This document shows positions 1 to 10,175 of a stretch of DNA of 38,621 nt, in pieces. The first letter of the stretch is position 1; each line of letters begins with the position of its first letter. Made by a program: the position numbers and the translations under genes. The notes beneath the pieces are model-generated. The model saw only the letters and a list, made by a program, of their open reading frames with translations. It was not told where the DNA came from and did no database searches. The stretch comes from Patescibacteria group bacterium (GTDB lineage Bacteria; Patescibacteriota; WWE3; UBA101185; UBA10185), in contig BPJL01000009.1 of the NCBI GenBank assembly GCA_026004595.1, positions 1 through 38,621 of the forward strand, written 5' to 3'.

Positions 1-20
1 GAAAAAGAATTAAACCAAAA

Positions 21-456
21 ATGAAAAAAAGAAAAGAAAACTAAAAATAACACTTACTATTGTGAGGAGTGTGGCAGCAAGCTAAAGAAAGAATTGGTGG
101 GGGCTGAAAAATATACGGATTATATTGATGAATTTGTAACTATAAGGTATGAGAAATATGATATGAAGACAGGAAAAAGGCAATATGTGTGGAAATATAC
201 CTGTCCTAAAAAGAGATGGTGGAATAATCATTCGTCTTTTATGGCGGGGGTTGTAATGAAAAAAGAAAATAAAACTAAAACATCTAAAAAGTATTATACT
301 TTCAAAAAACACCTAAAAGAGAGCTTGAAAGATAAAAAATTCAGAAAGGTATGGAAACGACAATCCTTAAAAGAATTTGAGAAATGGCTCAACGAAGAAG
401 ACAGGGAAAACTGGGAAATTCTAAGGTATGTTGAAGGTTTACTTGGCAAAGGCTAA
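21..456 (+). CDS. hypothetical early protein (Zn-ribbon CEECGS; probable indel near 5' end)
   Basis: ORF 94..456 extends upstream in frame through TICEECGSKL; ATG at 21 needs a frameshift in an A-rich tract. Confidence 0.5.
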
Positions 457-484
457 AAGAATTTTTTAACCCTTTTGAAATAAA

Positions 485-885
485 ATGACTTATAAACCGA
501 AAATCACAAGGAAAGTAATGATTTTTGACCTTGAAAAACCAATCTATGGCAGTGCTTATGCTATTTGGGATAAATGGCTAAAGATTGCAAAAGAAAAAAA
601 GCTAAAATTGGTGATAAACACTCAGTTTGGTACTGCCACCTTTGAGAGTGCTAATGAATATCTAAAAAACGCCAAGAAGATTGAAAGGTATTACAAAAAC
701 CCAAACGAGCCAATGGTTTTTTTGGCAACTTGATTTTTTGCCTTTTATAAAGGAAAGGAAAAAAAGAAAGAAGTTGGAAAGAAAGACTTGAAGATGCTAG
801 TATGCCACTTGAGACAAAGTTGAAATTGAGGGATAAAATAATAAGAGAAAACCCAGATTTGGCAAAAAAGCTAGCACTTTTGTAA
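485..885 (+). CDS. hypothetical protein (frameshifted near 715-780)
   Basis: ORF 485..733 plus downstream frame ...LEDASMPLETKLKLRDKIIRENPDLAKKLALL* ending at 885; homopolymer runs at the break. Confidence 0.5.
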
Positions 886-1140
886 ATTGTTGTTTTTGGG
901 GTGGGAAGGCAAAGGTAGTGAGAGACGAGCAAGCTGTTCTCTCTGCAACACACTCGCCTGACCCTGAAAAGGGGTGGCGAAGGAAATGCGAACCTTTACC
1001 CTGCTTGCTCCCACCTCAAAAACAACAATTCTTTCTCTGCGAGGCGGTTTGGATTGGGTCACGCCTTTCTGAACCGTTTTTGAGGCGGTCTTGGCTTTGG
1101 GTGAGGGCAGACACCTTGCGAGCTAGCCACGAACTGCCTC
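885..1140 (+). ncRNA. candidate structured RNA (multibranch domain plus two stem-loops)
   Basis: 22-bp stem 885-906/1009-1030 with one G-U pair; internal hairpins; GAGGCGGT..ACTGCCTC stem; GC-rich against an AT-rich background. Confidence 0.55.
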
Positions 1141-1151
1141 GTGGGGGAAGA

Positions 1152-1460
1152 ATGGGAAAATTCCAAAGAAACAAAGGAGCAAGTAACGAAAGGGAGGCCT
1201 GTAGAATGTGGCGTGAGATTGGCTACCCAGAAGCCCGAAGAAAACTATCCCAATACCAAGAAAGGTGCGGAGTGGATTTGGAGAACACGGGAAACTTCAA
1301 AGTGCAGGTGAAAAGCGGAAAAAGGATTGATGTTTGGAAAGCCTTGCAGGAAGCCGAAAAAGAAAGCAAAGCAGGTGATATGCCTTTGGTGATGGCTAAA
1401 AAAGACAGATTTGGTTGGATTGTTGTTTTGAATTGGATTGATTTTGTAAAATTTTTTTAG
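1152..1460 (+). CDS. Holliday junction resolvase-like PD-(D/E)xK nuclease
   Basis: QRNKGASNEREAC...GVDL...VQVKSGK...PLVMAKKDRFGWIVVL motif series; ATG at 1152. Confidence 0.75.
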   Translation: MGKFQRNKGASNEREACRMWREIGYPEARRKLSQYQERCGVDLENTGNFKVQVKSGKRIDVWKALQEAEKESKAGDMPLVMAKKDRFGWIVVLNWIDFVKFF

Positions 1461-1526
1461 GAAAATTGTTGATTGTGTGTAGACAGTCCTAAAAGCAACA
1501 AAAATGAAAAAGGGGAGGTGATAAAA

Positions 1527-1682
1527 ATGGTGAATAAAATCATAGCTTGGACTTGGCTGGTATTATCTATTTTAGTGGTTCTCTTTCTTTTGATAGAACC
1601 GCAAGAATACCTTTTATTTTCTTTGTTCTACTTTGTCGGGATAGTTTATATTATCGTCAAGTATCTGGAAATCCTAAAGTAA
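1527..1682 (+). CDS. small membrane protein (2 TM)
   Basis: SD GGAGGTG upstream; two hydrophobic segments. Confidence 0.6.
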   Translation: MVNKIIAWTWLVLSILVVLFLLIEPQEYLLFSLFYFVGIVYIIVKYLEILK

Positions 1683-1683
1683 T

Positions 1684-1959
1684 ATGATTGGATTGTTTGT
1701 TTTTACTAGGATTTTGGATTTGGTCTCAACGGCTATTTGTTTTTATGCTTTTAGATTGTCGGAGATAAATCCTACCAGTCTTTTTTTCCTTGAAAAAGGA
1801 TTAGCATTTTTTATATCTCAGCAGATTTTAATGGCTTTGATTTTTGTTTTTCTTTCAAACAAATTTAGGTTGGTCAGATTGGGGGTTGTAGCTTTTACCT
1901 TTTTATCAATTCCGATAGTGGCAATGAATTGGATATTGGTGTTCCTAAATATTATTTAG
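1684..1959 (+). CDS. DUF5658-like membrane protein
   Basis: LDLVST...E-INP motif followed by TM helices. Confidence 0.55.
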   Translation: MIGLFVFTRILDLVSTAICFYAFRLSEINPTSLFFLEKGLAFFISQQILMALIFVFLSNKFRLVRLGVVAFTFLSIPIVAMNWILVFLNII

Positions 1960-1998
1960 TGTGGTAGAAGGTGATAGAATAATGATAGAATATAGAAT

Positions 1999-2385
1999 AT
2001 GGGAAAAAATCTGACTGCCAAACTTCCAAACACCCCGAAATTCAAGGAATGGGTTAGACTCTATTTTGACCGAAACAACAAAGAAACTTTTTTAAATGCG
2101 ACACAAGCCGCAATGAGAGTATATGACGCCACTTATGAGTCGGCTCAAACTATAGGCTGGGAGAACTTGCGAAAACTTGAGAGGGCAAGTGCAAAAATTC
2201 TTGAGAGTATGGGAATGACATTCCCTGAACTTCTGAAACTGGGACTAAAAAAAGTAAGCGAGGGAACATATTCAGATTGGGACAAATTTATGGAGCGGTT
2301 AGGATATTTTGACAGGCAACAGGAAGGAACAACTGTAAACGTTGGAGTTTTTAATTTGGTAAAGGATAAATATGGAGAATTTTAA
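1999..2385 (+). CDS. terS: terminase small subunit
   Basis: NATQAAMRVY...SAQTIGWENLRKL HTH motif; lies upstream of terL. Confidence 0.8.
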   Translation: MGKNLTAKLPNTPKFKEWVRLYFDRNNKETFLNATQAAMRVYDATYESAQTIGWENLRKLERASAKILESMGMTFPELLKLGLKKVSEGTYSDWDKFMERLGYFDRQQEGTTVNVGVFNLVKDKYGEF

Positions 2386-3615
2386 AACATACTGGCCGAT
2401 TGAAAAACTAAAAGAATGGGATAAAAATCCCAGAACAATCTCAAAAGAGAATTTTGATAGACTAAAAGCTCAAATTAAGGAGGTTAGGGGAGTATAAGCC
2501 TCTTATTATAACCGAAGACGGCACTGTTTTAGGTGGGAATATGCGATTGAAAGCGTATAGGGAGTTAGGATTTAAAAAGTGTTGGGTATCAATAGTGAAA
2601 GCCGAGACAGAAGAGGAAAAAATAAAATATGCTTTATCTGATAACGACCAATTAGGAGAATATCAAAAAGATGATTTAGCTAATTTAATAGGTAGTATCC
2701 CCGATTTAGATTTGTCAAACTACACAATAAATTTAGGAACTTCAACAGTTATTCAAGATTTGTTAGATGAGTTTAAGGAAGTTGTTGAGGATGAAGTGCC
2801 GGAGGCAGAGGAAGGCGAACCAAAGAGTAAATTAGGAGAGGTTTATCAGTTAGGAAGACATAGACTAATGTGTGGAGACGCAACAAAAAAAGAGGATGTA
2901 GAAAAGTTGATGGGTGGAAAAAAAAGCAGATATGGTGCTTACTGATCCTCCTTATGGAGTAAGTTATGGAGACAAAAATGAATTCTTAAATGCTATTGAT
3001 CGTGGTAATAGAATACAAAAAAATTTACCCAATGATACTAAAAGTGTAAAAGAAATGAAAGATTTATGGACTCGTGCTTTTGTAAATCTTAATTTAGTTA
3101 CTAAAGAGGGAGGGTGTTATTATGGGTGTTCACCTCAAGGTGGGGAATTAATGATGATGATGATGATGAGCTGGTTGGAAGCAGGTTGGGAATTGAAACA
3201 ACAAATTATATGGGTTAAAAATAATATTGTTTTAGGCAGGAGCGATTATCATTATAAGCACGAACCTATTTTATATGGCTGGAAAACCGGGAAAGCCCAT
3301 CGGTTTTATGGAGGAAAAGGCGAAAATACTGTATGGGAAATAGATAAACCTCAAGTTAGTGATTTACATCCCACTATGAAACCCATAGCTCTTTGTGCAA
3401 GAGCAATAAAAAATAGCAGTAAGGAAGGGGATATAATTGTTGACACTTTCGGTGGTTCAGGCTCGACCCTCATCGCCTGTGAACAAACAAACCGCATTTG
3501 CAATATGATGGAGCTTGATCCTTACTATTGCGATGTTATTCGCAAAAGATGGTGGAAGTTTGTTAATAACGGTTCAGAGGAAGGGTGGGAAGAAAATACT
3601 CCTAAAATCCTATGA
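2372..3615 (+). CDS. ParB/Srx N-terminal domain fused to N6/N4 DNA methyltransferase (two apparent frameshifts, ~2484 and ~2920)
   Basis: LKEWDKNPRTI...GGNMRLKA (ParB-like); LGRHRLMCGDAT; TDPPY; HPTMKP; DTFGGSGSTLIACE; ELDPYYCDVI. Confidence 0.88.
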
Positions 3616-4433
3616 AAAACGCTCAAAAGTATCTTAACTTTATAAAAGACAACTTTCTCATTGTTACCAAAGACGGAGAAATTAAGAGATTTGATGAAAC
3701 CGAAAACCACTGGAGGATTCAATCAAAGTTTATTTTAGAAGATGCTACAGGAAGGGATACTATCTTGAAAGCGAGGCAGATGGGACTTTCTAGTGTTATC
3801 CTTGCTTTATTTGCAGTTGATTTTATTGCTAAACCTAACTCTTACTCGATGGTGGTAGCAGATAAGTCTGATAATGCTGAGGATTTGTTAGCCCGAGTCA
3901 AATTCTACCTTAAAAGCTTTGAAGAAAAAAATAAAGTTAAATTGCTTTTAAAATACAACTCAAAGTATGAACTTTACAATGAGGAAATCAACTCAACCTA
4001 CAAAATAGGAACCGCAGAAAATAGAGAGGTGGGTAGATCTAAATCAATTTTTAACTTGCACCTTAGCGAATTTGCCTTCTACCCCGACCCAGAAGCTGTC
4101 TTACGATCTGCTCTTCAGGCGGTTGTTCCTAGAGGAAAGATTTTTATTGAAACTACCGCCAACGGTTTCAATTTCTTTAAAACCTTTTGGGAAGAATGCA
4201 AACAGGGGTTAAGAGACTTTAATCCGATTTTCTATGGTGCAAGCCAGTTTTACTCTAAAGAGTTTTTAGAAAGAAAGAAAAAAGAGTTGAAAGGGTATTA
4301 TTTGCAAGAGTATCCGGACTCTGATATTGAGAGCTTTATTGCCTCAGGTGAACTTTATTTTGCCAAAGAAAGCCTGAAGTGGTATTTGGACAATGTTAGA
4401 GAACCGATTAAAGAGGGGGTGATTTATATATGA
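3612..4433 (+). CDS. terL: terminase large subunit, ATPase half
   Basis: ILKARQMGLSS (Walker A), LHLSEFAF (Walker B), ETTANG (coupling motif), QEYP. Confidence 0.9.
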   Translation: MKNAQKYLNFIKDNFLIVTKDGEIKRFDETENHWRIQSKFILEDATGRDTILKARQMGLSSVILALFAVDFIAKPNSYSMVVADKSDNAEDLLARVKFYLKSFEEKNKVKLLLKYNSKYELYNEEINSTYKIGTAENREVGRSKSIFNLHLSEFAFYPDPEAVLRSALQAVVPRGKIFIETTANGFNFFKTFWEECKQGLRDFNPIFYGASQFYSKEFLERKKKELKGYYLQEYPDSDIESFIASGELYFAKESLKWYLDNVREPIKEGVIYI

Positions 4434-4771
4434 GAACAAGGAAGGACACGATAGAGCTGGTTGAGATTTTAGCAGAATTGGAACACGAGCAATGGAAGGC
4501 ATGGGCAGACCATTTTCTTGATAAGGTTTACCGCCAAAATCCACCTGATTATGAGAGTATTAAAAGATGGGAGAGGCAGATTGAAACTCCCTATAAAAAA
4601 TTGACGGAGGAGGAAAAGGACAAAGATAGAGAATGGGCGTGGAAAATACTTAAAAAATTATTGTTGGTGTCTGATAGAAATGGAAACGTTTGGGTAAACA
4701 CAGACAAGCCAGTAAATGTTAGTCTTTTGAAAAAAATTATTAAATGTGTAGAAAGCCTTTTGAATTATTGA
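4430..4771 (+). CDS. RyR-repeat-like domain protein
   Basis: LAELEHEQW...PYKKLTEEEKDKDREWA matches the RyR repeat pattern; SD GGGGGTGA and ATGA overlap with the upstream stop. Confidence 0.7.
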   Translation: MRTRKDTIELVEILAELEHEQWKAWADHFLDKVYRQNPPDYESIKRWERQIETPYKKLTEEEKDKDREWAWKILKKLLLVSDRNGNVWVNTDKPVNVSLLKKIIKCVESLLNY

Positions 4772-4772
4772 T

Positions 4773-5426
4773 ATGTTTAAACAATACAGAAAAATAGAAA
4801 AAGGGGAGTTTATCGTTGTTGGAGTCGATACCGCAGCAGGCGGGAATGATTTTACTGCGGCTCAATTCCTCTCCAAGACAAAAGTAGATGTTCCCCTTGT
4901 TTATCATTCAAGAATAATAACCACCGAGTTCACAAATCAGCTCGTGCCTGTTTTGGAAAGAATTTTTGACGAGACGGGGGTAAAACCTGTTGTTGCTTAC
5001 GAGAGAAACAATGGCGGAGCTTTTGAGATGGATAGGTTGGCGGCTATGAACAGGCTTAATAAATATGAGATTTTCAAGATGCCCTCGTTTGGAAGAGAAA
5101 ATCCTCCAGATGCAATACAATACGGTTGGACTACCTCTACCGCTACAAGACCCAAGATGTTACAAGACTTGAAAAATGCGGTTGATAATAGGGTATTAAC
5201 AATTTATGATAGGGAAACTATTAACGAGATGTTTTCTTTTATTATTAGCCAAACCTCTTCTTCTTGGAAAGCCCAAGCCGAGAAAAACGCAAAAGACGAC
5301 TTGGTTATGAGTCTTGGAATTGCATATCAGCTTTATCAGCTTTGTGAAGCACCGAAGGAGAGTGTGGTTAATGTAGATGAGATTGTAGAAAGGAATAAAT
5401 TCCTTGCCCAAAAATGGCAGATGTAA
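4773..5426 (+). CDS. terL: terminase large subunit, RNase H-fold nuclease half
   Basis: VGVDTAAG, AYERNNGG, YGWTT, KDDLVMSLGIA. Confidence 0.88.
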   Translation: MFKQYRKIEKGEFIVVGVDTAAGGNDFTAAQFLSKTKVDVPLVYHSRIITTEFTNQLVPVLERIFDETGVKPVVAYERNNGGAFEMDRLAAMNRLNKYEIFKMPSFGRENPPDAIQYGWTTSTATRPKMLQDLKNAVDNRVLTIYDRETINEMFSFIISQTSSSWKAQAEKNAKDDLVMSLGIAYQLYQLCEAPKESVVNVDEIVERNKFLAQKWQM

Positions 5427-5767
5427 GAGACATTTTTCCAACGCCTCCAATAACCAAGATGATGTATTCGTGGGCTAAATGGGGTGGTGGTAATTTTGGG
5501 TTAGTTAAAGAATATGGTGAATGGTTTTGCCAGATTTGTGGTGAAAGACAGACTCCTGATAGCCCTTCTTATATGTTCCCAGAGGATAGCTTTAGAGTAT
5601 CGTTTATTAGAATATGTCCTATATGTAAGGCTGAAATAGAAGCTACCCAAGCCCAAACCCTTGAGGAACTAAAAGGAATGTTAGAAGATGTTAAGAGAAA
5701 AATAGTAGAAAAAGAGATAAAAGCTGAAATATTTATTGTCAATTTGAAAACCAAACTAAAGCTATAA
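5414..5767 (+). CDS. hypothetical Zn-binding protein
   Basis: CQIC and CPIC pairs; overlaps the terL stop. Confidence 0.6.
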   Translation: MADVRDIFPTPPITKMMYSWAKWGGGNFGLVKEYGEWFCQICGERQTPDSPSYMFPEDSFRVSFIRICPICKAEIEATQAQTLEELKGMLEDVKRKIVEKEIKAEIFIVNLKTKLKL

Positions 5768-5782
5768 CATAATTGAGGTATG
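5744..5782 (+). promoter_or_regulatory. late leaderless promoter (portal)
   Basis: TTGAAA 5744-49, 18 nt, CATAAT 5768-73, 6 nt, ATG 5780. Confidence 0.75.
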
Positions 5783-7764
5783 GACGATCTTTTACCACAA
5801 CTTTTAGAAAGATATTCTTTTTGGACCCAGGATATTCAGACTAGAATTACCCGCAAAAACGGATGGAACGATGTAATGGATGCCTATTATGGTGTTCTTC
5901 CAGAGGACTGGCCTTTCAGAATGAAAATCGTTGACCCCCGAATTAGAACCATTTTGCAGGAAAAAAACTCAAGGCTTTTAGGTAATAGAATATCGGGAAG
6001 GGTGCTGCCGAGAGAAAACGGAGATACAATAAAAGCCAGAATTCACCAAGCAATACTAGATTATCAATGGGATAAGGTTAGCTATGGCGGCTCGATGCAA
6101 CAAAAACTTTCAATGGCAGACCTTAATACAAGATTATATGGCAGCCAGTTTGCCCTTGTTTTGTGGAGAGTAGAAAAAGATGAAGAAGACAAGATTGTTT
6201 ATGAAGGAAACGATTTACAATTATTGGACATTAGGGATTGCGGAATAGACCCTGCGGCTAAAAGTATTAGGGATGCTAAATGGTTTCAGGTAAGACAATG
6301 GGTTTATCTGGAGGATTTAGAAAAGCAACTTGATAGCAAAGGCAAACCAATTTTTAGGAATATTGACATAATTAGAAAAAATCTCAAAGATAAGGTATCA
6401 GACAAAAGGAACGATTACACTCCCAGAGTCAAGCAGATTAGGGGATTGGAGGATAGGCTTGGAATGGATAGGGAATTTCCAATGATTGAGATTGTGACCG
6501 AGTATAGAAAAGACAAATGGATAACCTTTTCCCCACAACACAGCGTAGTTTTAAGAGAAATAGAAAATCCTTATAATCACGGGGATATTCCTGTTGTTCA
6601 GCTTACCTACCACAGACTGGATGATGACCCAATCGGAGAAAGTGAGGTAGAGCCAGTAATTCCTTTGTGGAAGGCTTTGCAGGCACTAGTTAGCTCTTAT
6701 ATTGAAGAAGTATTGTTAAAGATGAGACCTCCATTGAAAGTCATACGGGGGTCTGCGGCGATTGAGACCATACTTTATTCCCCAGATGCTTTATGGCTCG
6801 TTGACAGACCAGATGCTATTACAGAAGTTGTCTCAAGCGGTAATTCTATTCAATACTTCCAGACAACTTATACCTCTCTTGTATCAGCTATAAACTCGGC
6901 AATGGGTGGTATGAGTATGGGAATATCTAATATTGACCCTAACGCCAACAAAAGAACGGCGACGGAGGTGAAAGCTTCTGTCAGACAGCAGACAACGGTA
7001 GACCAGAAAAACCTTGTCGATTTGTCAGATTTTATTAAGGATTTTGTGAGGATGTGGATATCAAATAACCAACAATTCTTATTTACTCAAGAAAAATCTT
7101 ATTATGTCCAAAAGATTATTGGAGTTGAAAATTACAATGTCTTTAGGAAAGCAGGATTTGATCAGACCATAATTCCCCCAGAGGTTGACCAACAGGTGGC
7201 AGACATTATAGCTCAAAACCCAGACATTACTGATTTTGAGATAGAGCAAATCAGAGAAGCGGGGAGAGTGCCAAAATATCCTGTTATCCTTAATCCCCAA
7301 AGAGAAAAAATCCTGAAAAAATCAAGGTTGAACCGAAACTAAAAGTGTCAGAACTTGGTAATGAGGCTGAAATCTATATTCTACCAGAAGACATTGAGGG
7401 GTCTTATGATTTTATCCCTGATGTTAGGGTGCTTTCAATTACAAGAGAAGATGAGAAAATTCAAGGAAGACAATCAGCACTGCAGATGTTGACCACAAAC
7501 CAAAATGTGCTACAATTGTTATCAAATGAAGGTTATGTTCCTAAAATTAAGGAAATTTTGGAAAGCGTTCTTGAAGATGCTGGATTACAAGATGCGGACA
7601 GGTTTTTTGAAAAAATAAATGCAAATCAAGGACAAAATCAGTTATCTCAAGTCCCAACTGGAGTTTTACCTAGCAATGGAGAGGCTTCAACACCTACCGG
7701 AATGGAAAAACTACCTTCTACCCTACCTAACAGCCAAATTCCAGAACAGTTGGCTCAAGCCTGA
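5780..7764 (+). CDS. portal protein (frameshift ~7300)
   Basis: ~660 aa directly after terL; ENPYNHGDIPVV, GESEVEP, RTATE, DIEGSYDF motifs typical of podoviral portals. Confidence 0.85.
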
Positions 7765-7924
7765 AGAATTCAAAACCCTTGAAGAATTTCATAAGGCTTA
7801 TGTCGAAGAAAGAGCAAGGGCTGTTGTTTTTAAAGAGATTGTTGATTTGGTGGAAAACGCTAAAAAGAATGCACTAGCGATTAGAAGGGAAATAAAAAAT
7901 GTCAAACAAGGACTCTCAATTTAG
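7619..7924 (+). CDS. hypothetical head-module protein
   Basis: ORF overlapping the portal end, a common position for a small head gene. Confidence 0.6.
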   Translation: MQIKDKISYLKSQLEFYLAMERLQHLPEWKNYLLPYLTAKFQNSWLKPEEFKTLEEFHKAYVEERARAVVFKEIVDLVENAKKNALAIRREIKNVKQGLSI

Positions 7925-8126
7925 CAAGTTTTATTTTGACCAGTTTAGGGGGAAAGACGGGGAGCCTGTTGGCAAGAAAGAAGAAATTAAATTCAAGAAA
8001 TGTAGCCACAAAAATGCTAAACTGGTTGTTGATGAAAGGGGAACGAGAATACAGTGTAGTTGCGGTGTTGGGTGGAATGGAAACGCTACCCAGTTGTCAA
8101 GAATTTTGAAGGACTTGACAAGTTAG
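7899..8126 (+). CDS. hypothetical protein (CSH / CSCG)
   Basis: SD AAGGG; ORF track. Confidence 0.6.
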   Translation: MSNKDSQFSKFYFDQFRGKDGEPVGKKEEIKFKKCSHKNAKLVVDERGTRIQCSCGVGWNGNATQLSRILKDLTS

Positions 8127-8141
8127 CTTATAAATAAAGAT

Positions 8142-9033
8142 ATGGCAGACGAACCTACTCCCAAAGATATAGAACTTGTTGATCAAATTCCGCCATTTGG
8201 CGAAGAACCTCAAAAAACTGTTGAAGAAACTCCCCAAGAAAAACCACAAGAGACTGAAGAAAAAATAAAAGAAGAAATCAAAGAAGAACCCTGTTGACGA
8301 AACTAAAAAAAGAACCGCTGAACAATTCAATAAATTAAAGGAACACAACCAAGAACTAAAAGAAAAGGTAAGACCAATATGAAGATGTTTTATCTTCGCT
8401 TCAACCCAAAATTCCCGAAAATCCTCTTGAGGGTATAGAATTGCCGCCTATTTCCCACAAATTCCTCCTGAACAGGTTGTCTATAATCCGCCACCCCGCC
8501 AGTCAATTTCCTCATCTGGGGGAAAAAGGAGTAAAGGACATCTTTGAGCAGTTGGTTGACGATGAGGGTGCGGTGGATAGGGATTTGCTTCTTGAGAACC
8601 CTGAGAAAGCAAGAAGAAAGAGCGAGAATAGCTGAACAACAAAGCGAAAGAAGCAGAAGAAGCGGTCAGACGAGCTGAGAGGAAGTTTGACGATTTTCAA
8701 AGAAAAGCCATAATGAGAGAAGTTCACGCTAAATACCCCCAGATTGACCCCGAAAGTGACCAGTTTAATGAAACTATGTGGGTAGCCGTGAGGAATGAAA
8801 TAATTGGACAATGGAGTGAAACGGGGGTGGAAGACCCGATGGCTGCAGCTGACAAGTGGTATAAAATCTTATACGGAAAGAAAGATAAAGAGGATGTTGA
8901 AGAAAAAAAGGCTCAAATCAATGCGACAATTAGTCAGGCTCCAAGATCTCCAACCACTAAAGACCATTCCCAAAAACTACGAACTGGAACTCTTCAAGAC
9001 CAAGCAGAAGTACTAGAAGAGATGGGCTATTGA
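8142..9033 (+). CDS. capsid scaffolding protein (multiple indels)
   Basis: acidic E/P/K-rich N-terminus, RTAEQF.KLKEHN coil, KYPQIDPESDQFNE; immediately upstream of capsid. Confidence 0.7.
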
Positions 9034-9066
9034 AAACCCCAAAGTTTTTTCTTCACAATTAAACTG
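9030..9066 (+). promoter_or_regulatory. late promoter (capsid; leadered)
   Basis: TTGAAA 9030-35 +ACC, 18 nt, CACAAT 9054-59; the position occupied by ATG in the other copies is G9066. Confidence 0.75.
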
Positions 9067-9166
9067 CATAGTAGTCTGATGCTCCGACTATAAACTGAGC
9101 AAATTCTTACCGAATCTATGCAACCCTACCGACGGGTTAGAAACGGTAAGAAAGGAGGTGAGCAAA
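9065..9166 (+). ncRNA. structured 5' leader of capsid mRNA (candidate double pseudoknot)
   Basis: five complementary segment pairs within ~90 nt, followed by SD AAGGAGGTGA. Confidence 0.6.
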
Positions 9167-10097
9167 ATGGCTTGGGGTAAAACAACTTATCAATCACCAA
9201 ATGAGGCTAGAGAATCTGTCTTAAGCATTATGAGAGACATCTCTCCTAATGAAGACAATTACTTTGTCTCTAACCTTGCAGTTGGTGCCCCTGCGATGAA
9301 CACTCTTCACCAGTGGAATATCTTCCACGAATCAAGAGTTTCATCTGTTACGGCCTGTAGTTGAGGGTGCTGATCCTAGCTATCCCGATCTGCAAGCTGA
9401 ACAAAGGGCAACCAACTACACCGTATTGGTGGATGCTCCTGTTAGACTTTCAAGCACTAAGGCTTCTATCGCTTCTGTTACTGGCGAAAAGCCGTTAGCG
9501 GTTGAAAAAGCTCGTGCCTTGAGAAGGCTAAAGAACAAAATGGAGTATCTTCTCATCAATGGAACAGCAGCAGCTGGTGATACTGGTACTGCTAGAGGTA
9601 TGGCGGGTATTGATGCGTTTATTACATCTAATGTAACCGCTAGAGCCTCTGGGACATCCTTTACAGAACAAGAGTTGAACGACATCATTCAGCAATCTTG
9701 GGACGCTGTAGGAAATTCCTATGTGGCTGATTTGATTGTTGCTCCTGTTGTTATTAAGAGGAGAATAGCTAGCTTTGGAACTAATTTGACCAGAACCATT
9801 CCCGCAGCTGATAAGAGGCTGACTAATGAGGTTAGGGTCTACGATTCCGAAGTTGGCCAGACAGTCAAAGTCATTGCTCACAAGGATGTTAGATCAGCTG
9901 CAGGAACATTGACTGTTCTTGCTATCCGTGAGGACTTGAGCCAGATGGCATTCTTAACAGGCGGAAATGAACCGCACTGGGAAGAATTCTCAAAGACTGG
10001 ATACTCCGTTAAGGGAGCTTATGTAACCGAATTTACCTACGTGGACCTTAACGAAAAGGCTAACGTAAAGAGGACAGGTTACTCAACAGGTCTGTAA
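9167..10097 (+). CDS. major capsid protein, DUF5309/SU10-like (one frameshift ~9355)
   Basis: TLHQW..., VEGAD, KMEYLLINGT, ARGMAGI, VRVYDSEVG, VTEFT; strong SD; biased codon use. Confidence 0.88.
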
Positions 10098-10118
10098 TTT
10101 AGACTTGTTGTTCTTTTA

Positions 10119-10157
10119 GGCTGGGGGGAAGTGGTAAATCCCCCCAGTTGCTTTTTT
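10119..10157 (+). terminator. intrinsic terminator after capsid gene
   Basis: GGCTGGGGGGA / TCCCCCCAGTT stem followed by T6. Confidence 0.8.
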
Positions 10158-10175
10158 GTGATATAATAAAAATTG

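Noticed and set aside
918..1151. 78-aa N-terminal extension of the resolvase
   Set aside because: It runs through the structured GC-rich region; resolvase motifs begin at ATG 1152.
4430..4772. Group I intron or intein in terL
   Set aside because: The insert is entirely coding, with no room for a ribozyme core, no homing endonuclease and no intein terminal residues.
9076..9145. Hammerhead ribozyme (CTGATG...GAAA)
   Set aside because: The core reads CUGAUGC rather than CUGAUGA, and the stems do not place GAAA and a UH site in hammerhead topology.
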